The position numbers and the translations under genes are program-made. DNA of 64,000 nt from Rhodosorus marinus CCMP1338 (Eukaryota; Plantae; Rhodophyta), in contig JAMWBK010000004.1 in assembly GCA_029953675.1 (NCBI GenBank), forward strand, positions 2,294,001-2,358,000, in the 5' to 3' direction. The notes under the pieces are model-generated. The model worked only from the letters and a program-made list of their open reading frames with translations, had not been told where the DNA came from and did not search any database. Below are positions 23,245 through 36,739 of this stretch, piece by piece. Positions within the stretch are counted from its first letter, which is position 1; every line of letters begins with the position of its first letter.

Positions 23245-24423
23245 GTTTTCCTCTCAGGCACCCAAAACAAACGCACGCACACACACAACAACAAATTTCA
23301 GCGTCAGAAAAGAAACAAACTCCCACTGAAGAAGAACAATACAATCAAACACAAAAACAATTCTGTTCCTATGCTCATCAGCTCCCAATGCAAACTTATT
23401 CCTTCAACGTCGTAAACTTCCTCAATCCCCTCCTCCTCACCCTCCCACCCACTCAACGACCAACCACTAGGCCACTCATAAATCCGCCCACCATCGCAAC
23501 AAAAACCCTCGTAACCGATATCCCACATTCGCAAGCTCCCAAAAAAAACACCACATTCTATGATAAGTGTCATCTTGTGTCAATCTATTTAAAACAAAAA
23601 TGTCAAATTAATTATTCCACTCAGTCTAAAACCTAAAATATTGACTGATATATTTGATGACGCTTAAATGGATCATAGCAACAATTAAATTATCGTAAAC
23701 GATTAAAATCATCTATTTTGCCTTGATTCTGGCGAGATAGGTATCATCAGTTGTGAATATTGATTATTAAATATATTAATGTAATATAGTCAATATAGGA
23801 AATGATGCAGATGACGATTAATTTCCTACTCCGCGACACTCGTCAACGGCCGGCGGGACCGGTTTGAAAATTAGTAGAAAAATATCGGGTTTGATGAGAT
23901 TTTTCGTTTTCGGGATGCAGGAGAGGTGCCCTGTCCGACCTTTGACGCTGGAGAGGTTGGTTTCACTGAGCTGTAAGTTCTTGTCCTTTTGGTTCGTGTC
24001 TAAGTTTCAGCGCCTGTAACTTGAAAGGTCTGTGTTACTCTCGTGGGATGCTGGACTGCTCACCGTGGCGTTGATCGACATGGTAAGGGCTTCTTAACGT
24101 TGGCGTGGGGAAGTTGATTATGTTTTCTGAAGTAAAATGAATGCTTTTTCATAGAGACATTTCGGGGATTTGGTTTTGAGGGGAGATATGGAAGAGACCG
24201 AAGAGGCTCATGTACCAGGGCAGCTGGGGATTGAGTCATGGTGCTGGAGCCGACACAATCGGGCTCTCTCCGTGCAAAATTGTGTCACCAATGCTGATTG
24301 ATACCCGCACAGACGTACGACGGACGCTCACAATTTGGCTTGTTCATCGTTACCCTACTAACCAGTCCGGCGTGCTTCCCTCCGCTCCGGGGAACCCGCT
24401 CGCTGCTCGTTTCGTTCAGTAGC

Positions 24424-24849
24424 TTAAGATCTTTGACTGCTACAAGTTTGGTGGGTGGCGCAGCATATGACGGAGCCTGGATACCTCGAGCACATATTCC
24501 ATCCTTGCAGGCCAAGGAAGCCTCTTCCAGGTACTGTAAGACTTCCCAAGTGGAGACCCTCCTCAGACTTCAAAGAGCACCAACCCAGCAGAAAGCCATC
24601 ATTTGCAGGTAATTCTAACATTGCCCAAGAGACAGGGCTCTCAAGCCCATCCAATCTGGCTGCAATCTCGTAAACGCCCTTTTGAGACCTCTCGAAGGAA
24701 GGATTTGTGGGAGGGATATGGACTATCGCCCACCTACACCACGCCCCCCCCTGCGGCATCGCTTCTGCAATTCTAACAAATCCGTGTAGAAGAAGCCCCA
24801 GGGCTTCATCAAAATCGTCCGCTATCGAGATCCTGGCGGAACGTGGCAT
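24424..24849 (-). CDS. Hypothetical protein exon or ORF
   Basis: 141-aa ATG-started ORF with protein-like composition. Splice-like signals also occur on the + strand, so the strand is uncertain. Confidence 0.3.
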   Translation of the reverse strand: MPRSARISIADDFDEALGLLLHGFVRIAEAMPQGGAWCRWAIVHIPPTNPSFERSQKGVYEIAARLDGLESPVSWAMLELPANDGFLLGWCSLKSEEGLHLGSLTVPGRGFLGLQGWNMCSRYPGSVICCATHQTCSSQRS

Positions 24850-24909
24850 TTTTGAATTCTGACACCAGGCACACGTTTTTGACAGAGCGACGTCTAGACA
24901 ACTCTCTCT

Positions 24910-24993
24910 CCCGGTGATGACGGGGATGGGTCGTCATCGACTTCTCCTGTTTGGGAGCGAAGTCGATGACGATCCATCCCCGTCATCACCGGG
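24910..24993. other. Long inverted repeat/hairpin: 35-bp stem with 1 G-T pair, 14-nt loop
   Basis: Arm 24910-24944 is the reverse complement of arm 24959-24993 except at one position. Confidence 0.95.
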
Positions 24994-26543
24994 GCGATTC
25001 AAAAACAGAAAAAAAAGCCGAAGGGTGAGCTATGCCAGGGAGGTCTACCGCCCTCAGCTCATCGTCATCGTCACGTAGTAAATAGATGATACCAAGGAGC
25101 GCGCATCCGATCCCTTTCCTCACCTCACCACCACCGAAAGCGACATTGACCGAACCAAAAAAAAAGGACAGAGAGGAAGAGGAAGACACACAAAACCTCT
25201 CGCCAATCAAATAGGATATATTTTAAACAGAATAGAAGCAAATGACAAAAAAAGCCAAGACTCCAATACAGTATTTGATGTTCCCATGCTCCAGTGCACA
25301 AGGTCCCAAAATAAGTAGACAAGACCACGTTCCTGTTCACATGAATATAATTGGTCGGCATACAGCAGCATCCAAAAGAATAATGCATTTCATATACATT
25401 TATGCAAAACAGAACAAGTTTATTTCCCCCACCCCCTCCCGAGGTCCACGTCCACCCCTTGCCCTCATTAACGGACCATTTGTTTTAAAAAACCAGCCCC
25501 CCCACCCCAACCCGCACCCCTACCCCCACTAGGTCGTTCATTGTGGATTGTGAAACTTCGTTTATTTGATTTATTTGGTTTGATTTCGTTCGGCCGCACT
25601 ATCTCAATACCCGGACGTCCAAAGTCCGCCATAGGGAAAACACTTGATTTTTTTTTTGGTTCTGTTTCGCGAAACCCGCCTTCGGATTTTCTTTTACTTT
25701 TTGGGGGGACCTCTTTGCTCTTACATTGTTAGTATATGAACCTTTCTCATTCATTTTCCAAATAACCACCAACGAAAATCTGCCGCATACAACAGTAAGG
25801 GGGGTTGTGATTTCGCCTTTCGACGTTGAAAAGGAAAATGATGAAATTCAGCGAGGATTTGGAGAGTGTGATCTGCAAAATAGTCCCCCCCTCCTCCTCC
25901 CACGCTTAAACTCTTCCACCGCGGAAAGCTGGAAAACGCCTTTCCTTTGAGTTTTTTTGGACGCGTACATGAAACGCCCATAAAATTACTTATAAAAGTG
26001 AGAAAAGGGCACCCAAGCATGACGGTATGAATAATAATATTTTGTAAAGTATTTTGTCTTTGATTGGTACGCTTAGAAACAGTTTTCAATTTTAGTAAAT
26101 GTTTAGCTAATTTTCTTCGCCAAGGTATGCCTTTATTGTTTTTTGGAGAAAAACTATAGCCAAGTATTTTGTTTATTTTAAACGTTATATGAGGCTTTGT
26201 TATTGTTTTGTGTATAATTATTCATTATTTCTCATCTTGTTTTTATTTGATTTCTTTTCATATGTTCGTATCTTGTATTATTTTTCAAATTTTCTGTTTT
26301 TGGTGTCATCGTGTTTTGTTTTCTTTCCGGTTGCGTCTCTCGTTCACTCTGCTCAGATGTTGGGGTGTGCGGGTTGTGCGTTTGAGATGTGCTTCTGATG
26401 GAGTGTTGGGGAATAAATAAAAACATCGGAAGAGAAGTTTGTAAGGGTGAGGATGGGGAGAGATGGAGGGAGGGCAGGGAGGGGATGAACTACGCTTTGG
26501 ATTATCGCGAAGGGCGGGAAGTTGGTGAACTGATACCAGACAA

Positions 26544-27452
26544 ATGGCGTCGGAGGTTGATACAAAGCTGCCCCCTATATCCGACATAACGAAATTGATG
26601 GAACATGGCGACATTGATAATGGCCTAGGCCGTAGTGTCTCCAGCTCGGTATCTCCAGTTTTCGAAACGAAGGTTGCCGAACCTGGTAAGCTTTTACAAA
26701 CGGTCCCTAGTCTGAACAAGAGAATAAGCGGAAGCGATAGCAGCGGAGGGAACGGTTCTGACCTTGTCTCTGTGGATGCGAGCGAGAAAGAGAAAAAGGA
26801 GAGGTATAAGCGCAAGAACCGAGAGTATGGGAAGAAGTTCAGGGACTTGCAAAAGAAGCGGATCCAGGAGCTTCAGTCAAACATCGAGGACAGAAACATG
26901 GAAATCGCGAGTCGCAAGAAGAAAGTAATTGAGCAGGAGCGCATGCTCCGTCGCTACGGACTTGGAACAGACTTGTCCTCCGTCGCAGGTGTTGTCAAAT
27001 TGGACCATCACTCCATACCTCCTGTAAAGCGACAAAATTTAGATCGAGAAATGCTTCTGTGCGCAGCAGAGAACAGACTACTAGCGCAAGAGATTTCGAG
27101 TCACAAAGAGGAGCGTGAGGTTCTCTTATGCGTGTTGAACACCGACAAGGACTGCCAGGTGAAGTGTTATAAGTCGATCTGTAGCGTCTTTGCCAATTTG
27201 GAGGACGAGGTGAAGGGATCATACGTCTGGGAAACGGTGCATCCGAACGACCGTCTGGCGCTGAGGATTCTTCTGCGGTGCTTTCTCGAGGACAAGCTTG
27301 TGCAACCTTTTAGATCAGCGTACAGACGTGAATCTCGTCGGGACTCGAGAGAGAATCCCGCCTTTGTAAGAGTACACGCTCGAATAGACCTCGTCCTGGA
27401 CTCGACGAGGACTCCAGTGGGATTTGTCATAGCCGAGTTCTTAGAACGCTAG
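26544..27452 (+). CDS. bZIP-like transcription factor with a C-terminal PAS-like domain
   Basis: Basic region KERYKRKNREYGKKFRDLQKKRIQEL followed by a heptad coil. C-terminal SYVWETVHPNDRLAL...FRSAYRR...FVRVHARIDLV...VGFVIAE has PAS-fold character. Confidence 0.75.
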   Translation: MASEVDTKLPPISDITKLMEHGDIDNGLGRSVSSSVSPVFETKVAEPGKLLQTVPSLNKRISGSDSSGGNGSDLVSVDASEKEKKERYKRKNREYGKKFRDLQKKRIQELQSNIEDRNMEIASRKKKVIEQERMLRRYGLGTDLSSVAGVVKLDHHSIPPVKRQNLDREMLLCAAENRLLAQEISSHKEEREVLLCVLNTDKDCQVKCYKSICSVFANLEDEVKGSYVWETVHPNDRLALRILLRCFLEDKLVQPFRSAYRRESRRDSRENPAFVRVHARIDLVLDSTRTPVGFVIAEFLER

Positions 27453-29688
27453 TGCAGCCGTCCAAACTTGGCGAAAAGCTATGTTTCTTCCTTTAGTATC
27501 TATTAAACATATTCTACTCACTACCAGGGATTTATGGCTCTCGCACAGAATTCTTCCATATTCAAAACCTCCGGAAAATTTCGGTCGACGAGAACCTCCC
27601 TTATGGGCGAAGCTGCTGCGAAACAATTCAAGCCCTTCCTTGCGCCCAGTCATTTGTGATCATATACCCGCAACATGACCACCACCCCCCAAGCAGTCTA
27701 GTATATTTTTTCTTAAAAACTACTCACATTTTTTCCCCCTTTTCAAAGAGCAAAAACATGCTGCTACCAGACGCTAATCTTACTAATTCCAAAAATACTT
27801 TCAAAGGATATAAGAAAAACAAAGGCTCGAAACGCTCTCTTTTCAGTTTCTGAAGAAATTCAGCTATGGGAAAACTGGAATATCGCCCATCCGCTCAATC
27901 CCCAAAACTTGACGAGAAAAAGTTGGATCCCAAAACATACACATTCAATACTCCAAGTATATCCCCACCACCCCAGTACTACTCCCCGCAAGAAAACGCT
28001 CCCCGCTTTTCTATTCCCGAAAAAGTTTGTCACACGAAGACGCACAAACACACACACAACCGTCAGGGATCCTAAACGCAAAAAAAATAAAATTCCAATC
28101 CTCTCCGGACAAACCGGATCTGTACTAAGGGCAAGTATTCAATTTACTGTCCAGAAATTGGTCCATGTATAGAATACCCAAAATTACGATATTTTGAAAA
28201 TATGTAGAGGAAAATCAGTGTAGGAATACCGTTTACCCCATATTGTACTAGCACATCAGGTACGTACTATTCTTCGAACACAAAATGGTAAGAAAAAAAA
28301 AGAAGAAGCGCGGAAGGGGGGGGGGAAGGTGAGGGAATCAATTCGCTTGTGAATCTATCCAGGGAACTAGACAAAATCCGGTTTATCAGGAGAATTAATT
28401 GAGGTTCAACTTTCCCTGTTAAAATAACCTAAAGCAATCTATTTACAAGGAAGCAGAAGCGTAAAGCAGTAATAAAACAAGCGTATCAGACTTGACTGAT
28501 GTCTGCTGCCCAGTAAATTTGCGACAACCAGGAAGAAATACTCAGGGAAAAGCATTCTAATTATTTATTTATGTTTTTCATCATTCGTGTCCATTGCCGG
28601 TAATTCATGTTGATCTCATTGAAAACAGTCAAAAAAATTCAAGCGTCCAAAAAGTTAAAAGTAAACTAAGGTTTGTCGGGGGTGGGGAAGAGAGGGGATA
28701 GGTGGAGACCCTAAGAAAACATTAATTGTTGAATACATTCAAGATTTGATAATATTTTTTCCTACCGAAATGGTTTGATTGTGCCGCTATGGCAAATTGT
28801 GGTCATACTGCCGTCGTATACTGATTCAAATGGGCGAAGGGATTTGCTTTGGGCACTTTTCCGTTATTTCGAATTTTACCTGTCTGCCTGGGCTGTTTTC
28901 CTTTTGTTTTTATGGTTTCTTTCTCGTGGACGGGGAGATGTTGACGTTGGCACGTGCTGGGGGGGTTTGATTTAGGCTATCCCTGATCCCCTCGTTCTCG
29001 CGGGAAGCAAGGCAGTTGGCCAGGGACACAGGCGGGTCCAGTTGCCAAAAAAAGTTCTGTCGGAGCGCAAAAAAGACTTTGCTAAGAACTAGGCTTTGAA
29101 TTTATTTCCGTGGTGAGCATTTACTGACTCCCGCGCAACCTCGCGGTTTTGAAAAGCCCGCAGCCGAATATGTTTCTCAACGCGACCTCCGTTCGCTTAT
29201 TTTTGGCATGGGTCGCTGGCGGCGGCTTCCATAGCATGCCGAAAGTCCTGGTGGCCAAGCGGGAGGTTTTCGCGTGAAACCCTTGAGACCTTCCAAACCT
29301 TGCAGTGCCTTTTCGCTTAATTTTGCCAAACTGCTCCTTTGTTGCCTTCAGAAAGCCTCCATAGCTTCTGATACGAAGCCCTCTGCGCCAGCTGGCATGG
29401 GTTCTTAGAGCTCCGGGGAACCTAATCCCTTGCTCGTTGTGTCTCCAACCGAGTGATGATGTCTTTTGACTCGACCAGCGCAGCATCCCTACCTCGTAGG
29501 TACAATTAAAAATCAATAGTCGCACGAGACTAGCGACAGGCACCTAATGCAACAGGCTAGCACAGTGTTGAGTTCCACGTGGAAACGAAACGAACCGCCT
29601 CAAGCTTTTGTACTGTAGCATGCCCAAAAGGGTTGACGACGTAGAACCCGGATTGCCGCAGGATTCCACTTTTTTTGACCCGGCTGCC

Positions 29689-32600
29689 TCACTTCCAATC
29701 AGTGCCGTGCATGTAAGCATAACTATCAGCTTGATTTCGAACAACAGGATCATCATTCAGTCGTGTCGCTTCGAAAGCATGCCCCAGACCAACCATCCGG
29801 TGCTGTGACCCCGCAAACAGTCCACCCACAACCTGGCTAGTCGGGGCCTGGATTGGGTAGGGTACGCGTGACTGGAAGGCAACCGGAAGTCCATTCCCGT
29901 TCATGTGACCATTTGGGACTCTCCCCTTATCAGCGCTTCTTGCAGGATCAGGAGAACCGTTTGACAGGCCGTCCTCGCGTACCTGCGAAAGAGGAAAGTT
30001 GATGAAGTACATTAGCTTATGTTTTTTCGACTCAGAAGTGCGGGGAAGCGCTTACCTGCCCTTCGATTGGATTGATGCGAGCATAGGACCCGTTCGGAGG
30101 TTGGAATTCTGATTCTCCCGTTTCGCGCTTGCCTGTATGGAAGTGTTGGTTCATCCTGACTCGTCGAGGTTTTGGAATCTGCACCATGGACTGTTTCAAA
30201 TTGTTCAGTGGTCCTTCCACGAGGGCATAGTTCTCCTTGTAATGTGTAAGAAGATTCGCCCACAACGGTTGTTTTGCCAACACCTTCGCGTTTCCGAGAA
30301 CGGCAATGCCCAAACGAGCACGGGTTAACGCAACGTTCAGCCTTCGCGGGTCGGCAAGGAACCCAATTCCCTGAGACTCATTTGACCGAACGCAACTCAG
30401 AATCACGTAGTCCTTTTCGCGCCCTTGGAAGGCGTCGACGGACGCAACCTCCACCTCCTTGTAGAGTTCCTGTCTCATAGACCCGAACCGCGCGAAATGT
30501 GCGACCACGTATGCCCGCTGACCTTCGTAAGGAGTAATTACGCCGATTCTGGAAGGAGCAACCCCTCCACGCAACAAGTGCGTAACCGCTTTCTCCACGA
30601 ACGAGGCCTCCACTGGATTCAGGAAGCTGGTCCCAGAAGCGGAGATCTCTTCAGGTCCACTAAGAACCCAGAACATCATCGGTTTATTCTTCGACGGCCA
30701 TGGGAAGTCGACAGTTGAAGGAGAGCGATCGGTTGCCGTCACACCATTCTGCAGAGAGCCTGCGAAAGCACAAACAAAAGCAGCTTAGGAATCGACCAGG
30801 ATCAACCGCTCACTTACTCAACCTATCCTTATCACGTTTCACATTTAAACGACAGCTCCCTACCTTCGTAGAACATATTGGACGGAAATTCGGACAAACA
30901 CGGGTGCATCCTGTACTGCACAGTAAGCCGAATCGGACGTATTCCAAGAGCAACCAAACGCTCGAAGAGGGATTGGCCAAGTCCCGCTTTCGCGGCAGCT
31001 TTGGCGGTGATAACGGGTCCCAGCTGGCAATGGTCCCCGACAAACACCAACTGTTTACATCCGTGCACGATCGGAATAAGGGCTTCTGGTTCGGTAGCCT
31101 GCAGCGCAGAACGCACAGTTCCCTTTTAGAAATGTACAAACGAGGACACACAGTTCCATGTTCGTACGACAAAAACATCGCAGGAAGTCGTTCATACCTG
31201 GGTTGCTTCGTCAATAAGCACGTATCGAAACTTGAGCTGGCTAAGGCGTGGATCTCCAGCCGAGGCGCATGTGCAGGCGATAACGTCCGCATTCATCAAC
31301 AGCTCCCGTTCGAGACTTCTCTTGAGGCTTCGAAGTCGACGGTCGTCTTTCTCGTTAAGCTCTCCTACCTCATCTCTCAACTGCGAGAGTTGCTGCAACT
31401 CGGAAGTATCGCTGTCATCAACATGGCGCACCTAGTTTCGAGTTAGAACAAGCCAGAAACGTTTATCCGATTAGCACAGAACAAGCGCTTTCTTTCCAAC
31501 CTAAGGGAGGCCAATTTCCCGCGAGGTGGTTTCCTACCTGATAATGAAGAGTTAGGTGCTCAACGGGAGAGGACAGCGCCTCTCGCGATTTCGCACATAG
31601 GCGGACGACTTTGAGGCCACTCGCTGAGATTTTTTCCGCGAGCTGATCCACAGCGACATTGCTCGGAGCGCAAACTAGTACCTTCGCGCTCCGGCTTTGT
31701 TTCGAAAGGTGGTATACAATGCTCGCGGATGTCACAGTCTTTCCAGTTCCCGGAGGCCCCTGAATCAACGACAAAGGGCTTTCCAGGACAGATTTGACAG
31801 CAACAATCTGAGAATGGTTGAGTTCGGGCAGACCAGGCACAGAAAACTCGTCGGGAATAGAGGCTGCGCTGATAACCTAATATTGAGACCCACAAAATGA
31901 AAAGATTCCATCCTTGAATACTTCTAGCTTTTGCTACTACTTTCCTGCAAATGATCGCGACCGCATACCTGCTGACTGACGTCATGACCAAGAATACGAT
32001 GATACAAGTATCCAGAGACAGATGTTTCGTCCACCGAAAAGGTTCTCATTGCGACCTGCATTCTGTCAAATGATGTTGCTTTCCAGACCACGTCTACGCT
32101 GAATCCAATTGATGCATCTACTGGAGCACGGCTAGCTGACTTTCCTCGTAGTTCTAAAGCAACTTCCTCGTCAGAAGTGAACCCCTTAACATTGCCCACG
32201 CATTCCCATTTGAGTGCGCTGTTCTTCAGGCGAAGTTCGTCTCCTGTAAACATCGAAAGAGAGACGAGGAGTAAGTAAACTGTGCAAAGAACGCAGTTGT
32301 TTGCTTGGGCTGAAAAAGGCCCTCACCGACGAGGATCTTTATCTCGCCCTCTGAGGATTGATGCATGACGAAGAACGCGACCCTTTTCTTATTCAGCCCA
32401 AAATCCCATCGAACCGTAATCCCACTCCTCGATTGTTCTTCCTTCATTTTTCGGTCGTTCTCAGCCTCCAGTTTAATCAGAGGGCCAAGGACGTTCTGAA
32501 AGTGGTAGCCATCGTCATAGCGCAAGAGCGCGGGCTGCGGTTCGTCCGTGTTTCCCGGCTTCATGAGGTCTTCCAAGCCGGCGTTGGGATCTTGCTTCCA

Positions 32601-33419
32601 CAGCATTTCAAGCTTGTTCAATTGGTCTGTCGTAACTTGGCGCGATCGATTGACATCCTTCTCCGCCGGGAACTTCACCAACCATGGGAGAAAACTCCGA
32701 TCATCGATCAAGGGCTGCCACTTGTCCAAATCCCAGTTCATGTCGCGCAATTTACTGAGGTGAAGACATTCTCGGCAAAGTAGAACAACAACGGAATCCC
32801 CTGCAGATGCAAGACAATAACTTCTCCTGTCAACAGTCCTTATCATTGGTCATGCGTTCTAGCCCCCTGGAGTTCAGTGGGGTGCTATTTCTTGATACTT
32901 TCAGCCCCATCCCAAGCATAAAAAAAAAGGTGTTGAAAGCTGCTTACCTTGCGCTGGAACGAATCCGAGCATGAAAACATTTCGGTTTCCACAATTGTAA
33001 CATTCTAGAATTGTCTCTCCGAGTGGACTATCCTTATGGAGCGTAACTTCTCGATGCCTTGCGCGCACCAGGTGCATAACGATGTGGCTCCCTGGCGTCT
33101 TGCTTCTCGCGTTGCAGAACCATTTCCCATCTTTGTTGTCCTTCACGACACAGGCAGGGTCATGAATCCCACAGTATGCACAAGCATAAGGTGGCAATTC
33201 GGCAGGGGGGGCAGATTCCTCCTCCTCGAAGTCCAGGTCACCGAGAGTCGCAGAGGCTCCCGTCTGCCCTTTCTCAGCGCTCTCTCGGCGATAAGCTGCG
33301 ACATCTGCTGGCGGATTCGCTACCTTTTTCCCACTTCTTTCCTCATCATCCTCTTCCAGGAAAGAGAGGGTACCATCAAAAGCACCTACCTCCAAATCTC
33401 CTTCCCCTTCCTCCGCCAT
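29689..33419 (-). CDS. UPF1: UPF1/NAM7 nonsense-mediated decay RNA helicase, multi-exon
   Basis: CH zinc domain [13 protein letters not shown] and [56 protein letters not shown] and [10 protein letters not shown]. Confidence 0.98.
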
Positions 33420-34425
33420 CCAATGTCAGGCCTTCCCCACCTCCCACAACCACACCGCACTCCCAAAAGGCTAACACCTACAACTTATTCTCCTCATATA
33501 CCAGCACCTACAGCCCCTTCCTTGGACAATTCCGTTACCATACCAGCGCTTCTTCCTCCGCCCAACAAACCGTTTTTCGCCACAGGCTTCACACCCTCCC
33601 CCACACGAAATGTCAAACTCGAGAGAGGCCTATTCTCTAAGCTTCAGAGTAAAGGATTTCAACCCTCACCAACGGATCCCCCTTCCCGTCCCAGTCGATT
33701 TATCACGAGCAACGAACAATCAAGATATCATTTATTAATTAACTCAAATAAAATCCCTCCTTTTGGAAGCCCACCTGTCGCTGTCGGGTAAAGGATATTA
33801 TAATCACCTCAATGGAGGGGTCGGTCTGGCCCCCACCAAGGCCTGGCAGTCAAAGGCCGTCTTTGGCGGAAGAGAAGAAAGGTTCGTCTTCGCCGGGGGT
33901 ATGTGATCGTCCTGTTAATCGTAAAACATGTATTGCCGGCGTTGAATTCGCGTTTTTTTCATTTTTTGAGGACAAAGCTGTGCTGGTTGAATGAATGTTC
34001 ACGGGAATGTATTTCTGTCTAGGGGTGGTCCTGATAGTTGTAAAATTTTCTCCACCGGAGAACGCTTCAATCATTTTTGTTTAGTAGTGACTGGATATTG
34101 TTCTTATAAACATTTGCTTTCCGGAAGCTGCCTGAATGGGAGGAGTTCAGCTCCATTAAGTGTCCCCCGTTGCCCAGGTCTTCCTTCCCCGAGATAGGAA
34201 ACCGAAGCTCAAATCCATGTAGAGGAAGCCTGCATAGAGAGCAGTGAAACCTACACGTCCGCAGGCACCCAACATCGGTGACCCCGTTCTGTTGGCGAGG
34301 AGCTCTGTCGATAGTCTGTCTTTGAAACATGGTTTGTTTCAACCAAAAAAACCAGCAGTGCCCCCACCTGTCGCCGTCTTCTGAATACTTTTGGTCGCTG
34401 GCTAACTCTTTTTTAACCTCGTCCG

Positions 34426-35839
34426 TTATTGCTGGATCTTCTCTTGCTCTTTGTGCACCGTCTCTCCGGGCTCAATCGGTTCCGGGTCTTCAATGACATC
34501 CTTGAAGCAGGAAGTGAAGTAGATCACGTTCTCGTATGTTTCTCTCATTGGATTTGACCCGTCTGTTAGCTTTGTATTCTCCGGAAATCCGTGCTCATCC
34601 ACGAACTGCATGTGAGTACTCACGCGGGAACGTTTTAGGCACACATCTTCGTAAGCACCCATTAAGCAAGAGAAATCGGTTGGAAAGACAACGTCGCACT
34701 CGTACATGGGAGCATCTGAAATGCACATATGGACGCGCTGAGGCTTGTACGACTGGACAAGAGGACCTAAGCACAAGAGCAAGAAAAGACAACAGCATGC
34801 CAGCAACAAACTTCAGCACTCCGTTCTGAACCACCGAGGCTTCAACCTTCCGGGGTATCCTACCATTCGTTCCCGGGATACACCTCGGGAGAAACTCGAA
34901 ATCGGATAGTAGCAAACTGTGTTGTGGAAATCTGTGTGCTAATTTGTGCAGAAAATCCACACCGACACTTGGAACGAAGTATTCACCATCTCCCAGAGGC
35001 ATGAAGTTTCTGAACTTGCCGATCAGCCATTTCATGCAGAAAGTAGGTGTGAAAGAGCTAGGATCCTTGTATCCCTTTTTCGCTCTCCAGTAGTAGAGTG
35101 CTCGTAGAATTTTTTCGTCTTCTATTGGTACAATCTCGAACTTGGAGTTTCCGTTTACGTCAATGACGACGTGGGTCTGGAAAACAGAATCCTGCATGAG
35201 GACGACCTTGTCGTGCGGCATGTTGTCCAGGACCTCGAGAGCAACAACGCAGCATGGATCTTCTACAAGGTTTTCCCAATCCATGATTGATCCGCGGAAG
35301 AGTTCCGCCCTTCCTTCGTCCATGAAGCCGGCGAGCCGCATTTTCTGCGTGTTGGCCATGGCATAGCTGACCTCGATCACAGTATACACGCACGATTCGT
35401 AAACATCGGGATGGTGCCGTTGTAGGTATACAAGACAATCTTCCGCAGTCGAGCCATTGCCCGCTCCAACCTCGTAAATCCTGAGAGGCTGGTTTTTCTC
35501 CATCAGTCGGTGCTGGGTCATTGCCCATCTCGCAACGCTTGCACCGTACCAGGGTCTGAACAACTCGGAAGGGGTCACAAATTTCCCACCTTGCTGTTTG
35601 ACGATTCGCTCATATGTTTGATCGTAATCCGCTCTGCTTTTGAAGCCGTTGAAACTTTGCTTCGGGGCCTCAAGAAGCGGCAACCTTGAGAAAAACCCCA
35701 CCTCTTGATCGTAGAGATATCGATGCAGGTAGTCCCTCAACAGCTCACCTTCAGAAGGCTTACGCTTCATGACCTGGTTCCGGGCAAACATCCTTAAGTC
35801 TCCCAAACCCCTGGCTCCGCGGGTCACTTCACCCAGCAC
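34426..35839 (-). CDS. NDUFAF7/MidA-family SAM-dependent arginine methyltransferase (mitochondrial); 5' end uncertain
   Basis: YLYDQEVGFF, FVTPSELFRPWYG, IYEVGAGNG, VALEVLDNMPHD and, after an intron (~34861-34769), CDVVFPTDF...DGSNPM. Confidence 0.85.
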
Positions 35840-36739
35840 CTGGGGTCGAGAACAAACAGGAAATATAGAGACCGGGAGCCGTCATTACCGATCAGCAAAA
35901 GAATATGATACGAGATCTAGCCGAAACCCATTCGCATCCCAAGCGCATCCCATCCGACAAGAAAATCTGTTTTGCGGGACCAGCTTTGCACTTCGAACCT
36001 TCACCCACTTTGGCAAGGACGGGGGAAGAACCGTTTGGGGGTCAGTCCCCAACCACTTAGGTACCGACAGGGGGAGCTAGAAAAGTACGCGACAGGACAA
36101 AACCACTCGCCCCTACAGAGCGGAAATAGTCCCAATGATAAGCCTACATACGCAAGAATCAGGCCGAGAAACTCTCAACGCATGACAAAACAACCTCCGA
36201 ATCTGCAATCTACATTTCTCAATACCGTCAACATTCTACACAACAGGGACGGGGTGCGGAACGGTGCAGGACAAGAAATTGGGAAACTACCTCCGCCCGC
36301 ACAGATTTTCTAAATACCAAAAAAGCGAGCAAATCCAACCTCCGAAGTTCCCCACCTCTGCTCCTGCTTAGCAAAACACAACTCTTCCGCAACGCCACTT
36401 CAAAAGCGGCCAAAAAAGAAAAAACAATCCAAAATTAATCATTTTTCTTTATCTCTCGATGTTTCTAGTAGATCGAAGAAATGTGCACACCCATATACTC
36501 GACCTGCACAAATCCTTCAAAACTCTGTCAAAAAGTGCTCCGCACACTTGCACCTTTTTCCATTGGTTTTGAGGAAATGGTGCTGTCCATATGGGGTTGC
36601 GGTGGATGGATACATTTGAGGAAGAAGAAGTGAGGTCTGTTTTAGGATGTCTGAGAGATGGGGAGTGCTGGATGAGGAGGATAGTATTGGGGATGGATAG
36701 TATTGAACTGGGATTGTTGGGAATTTTTGTGATAAGGTG

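Noticed and set aside
26544-27452. Aureochrome (bZIP-LOV) assignment
   Set aside because: The LOV signature GRNCRFLQ is absent.
30700-33791. Long + strand ORFs antisense to UPF1 (248 aa, 251 aa, 141 aa) and similar ones opposite SPT5, AAC and the S1 gene
   Set aside because: Typical shadow ORFs of real coding sequence, with no motifs.
33800-34400. Possible structured ncRNA (snRNA, snoRNA, RNase P/MRP) between UPF1 and the methyltransferase
   Set aside because: No diagnostic boxes or conserved snRNA motifs could be matched by eye; an Infernal/Rfam scan would be needed.
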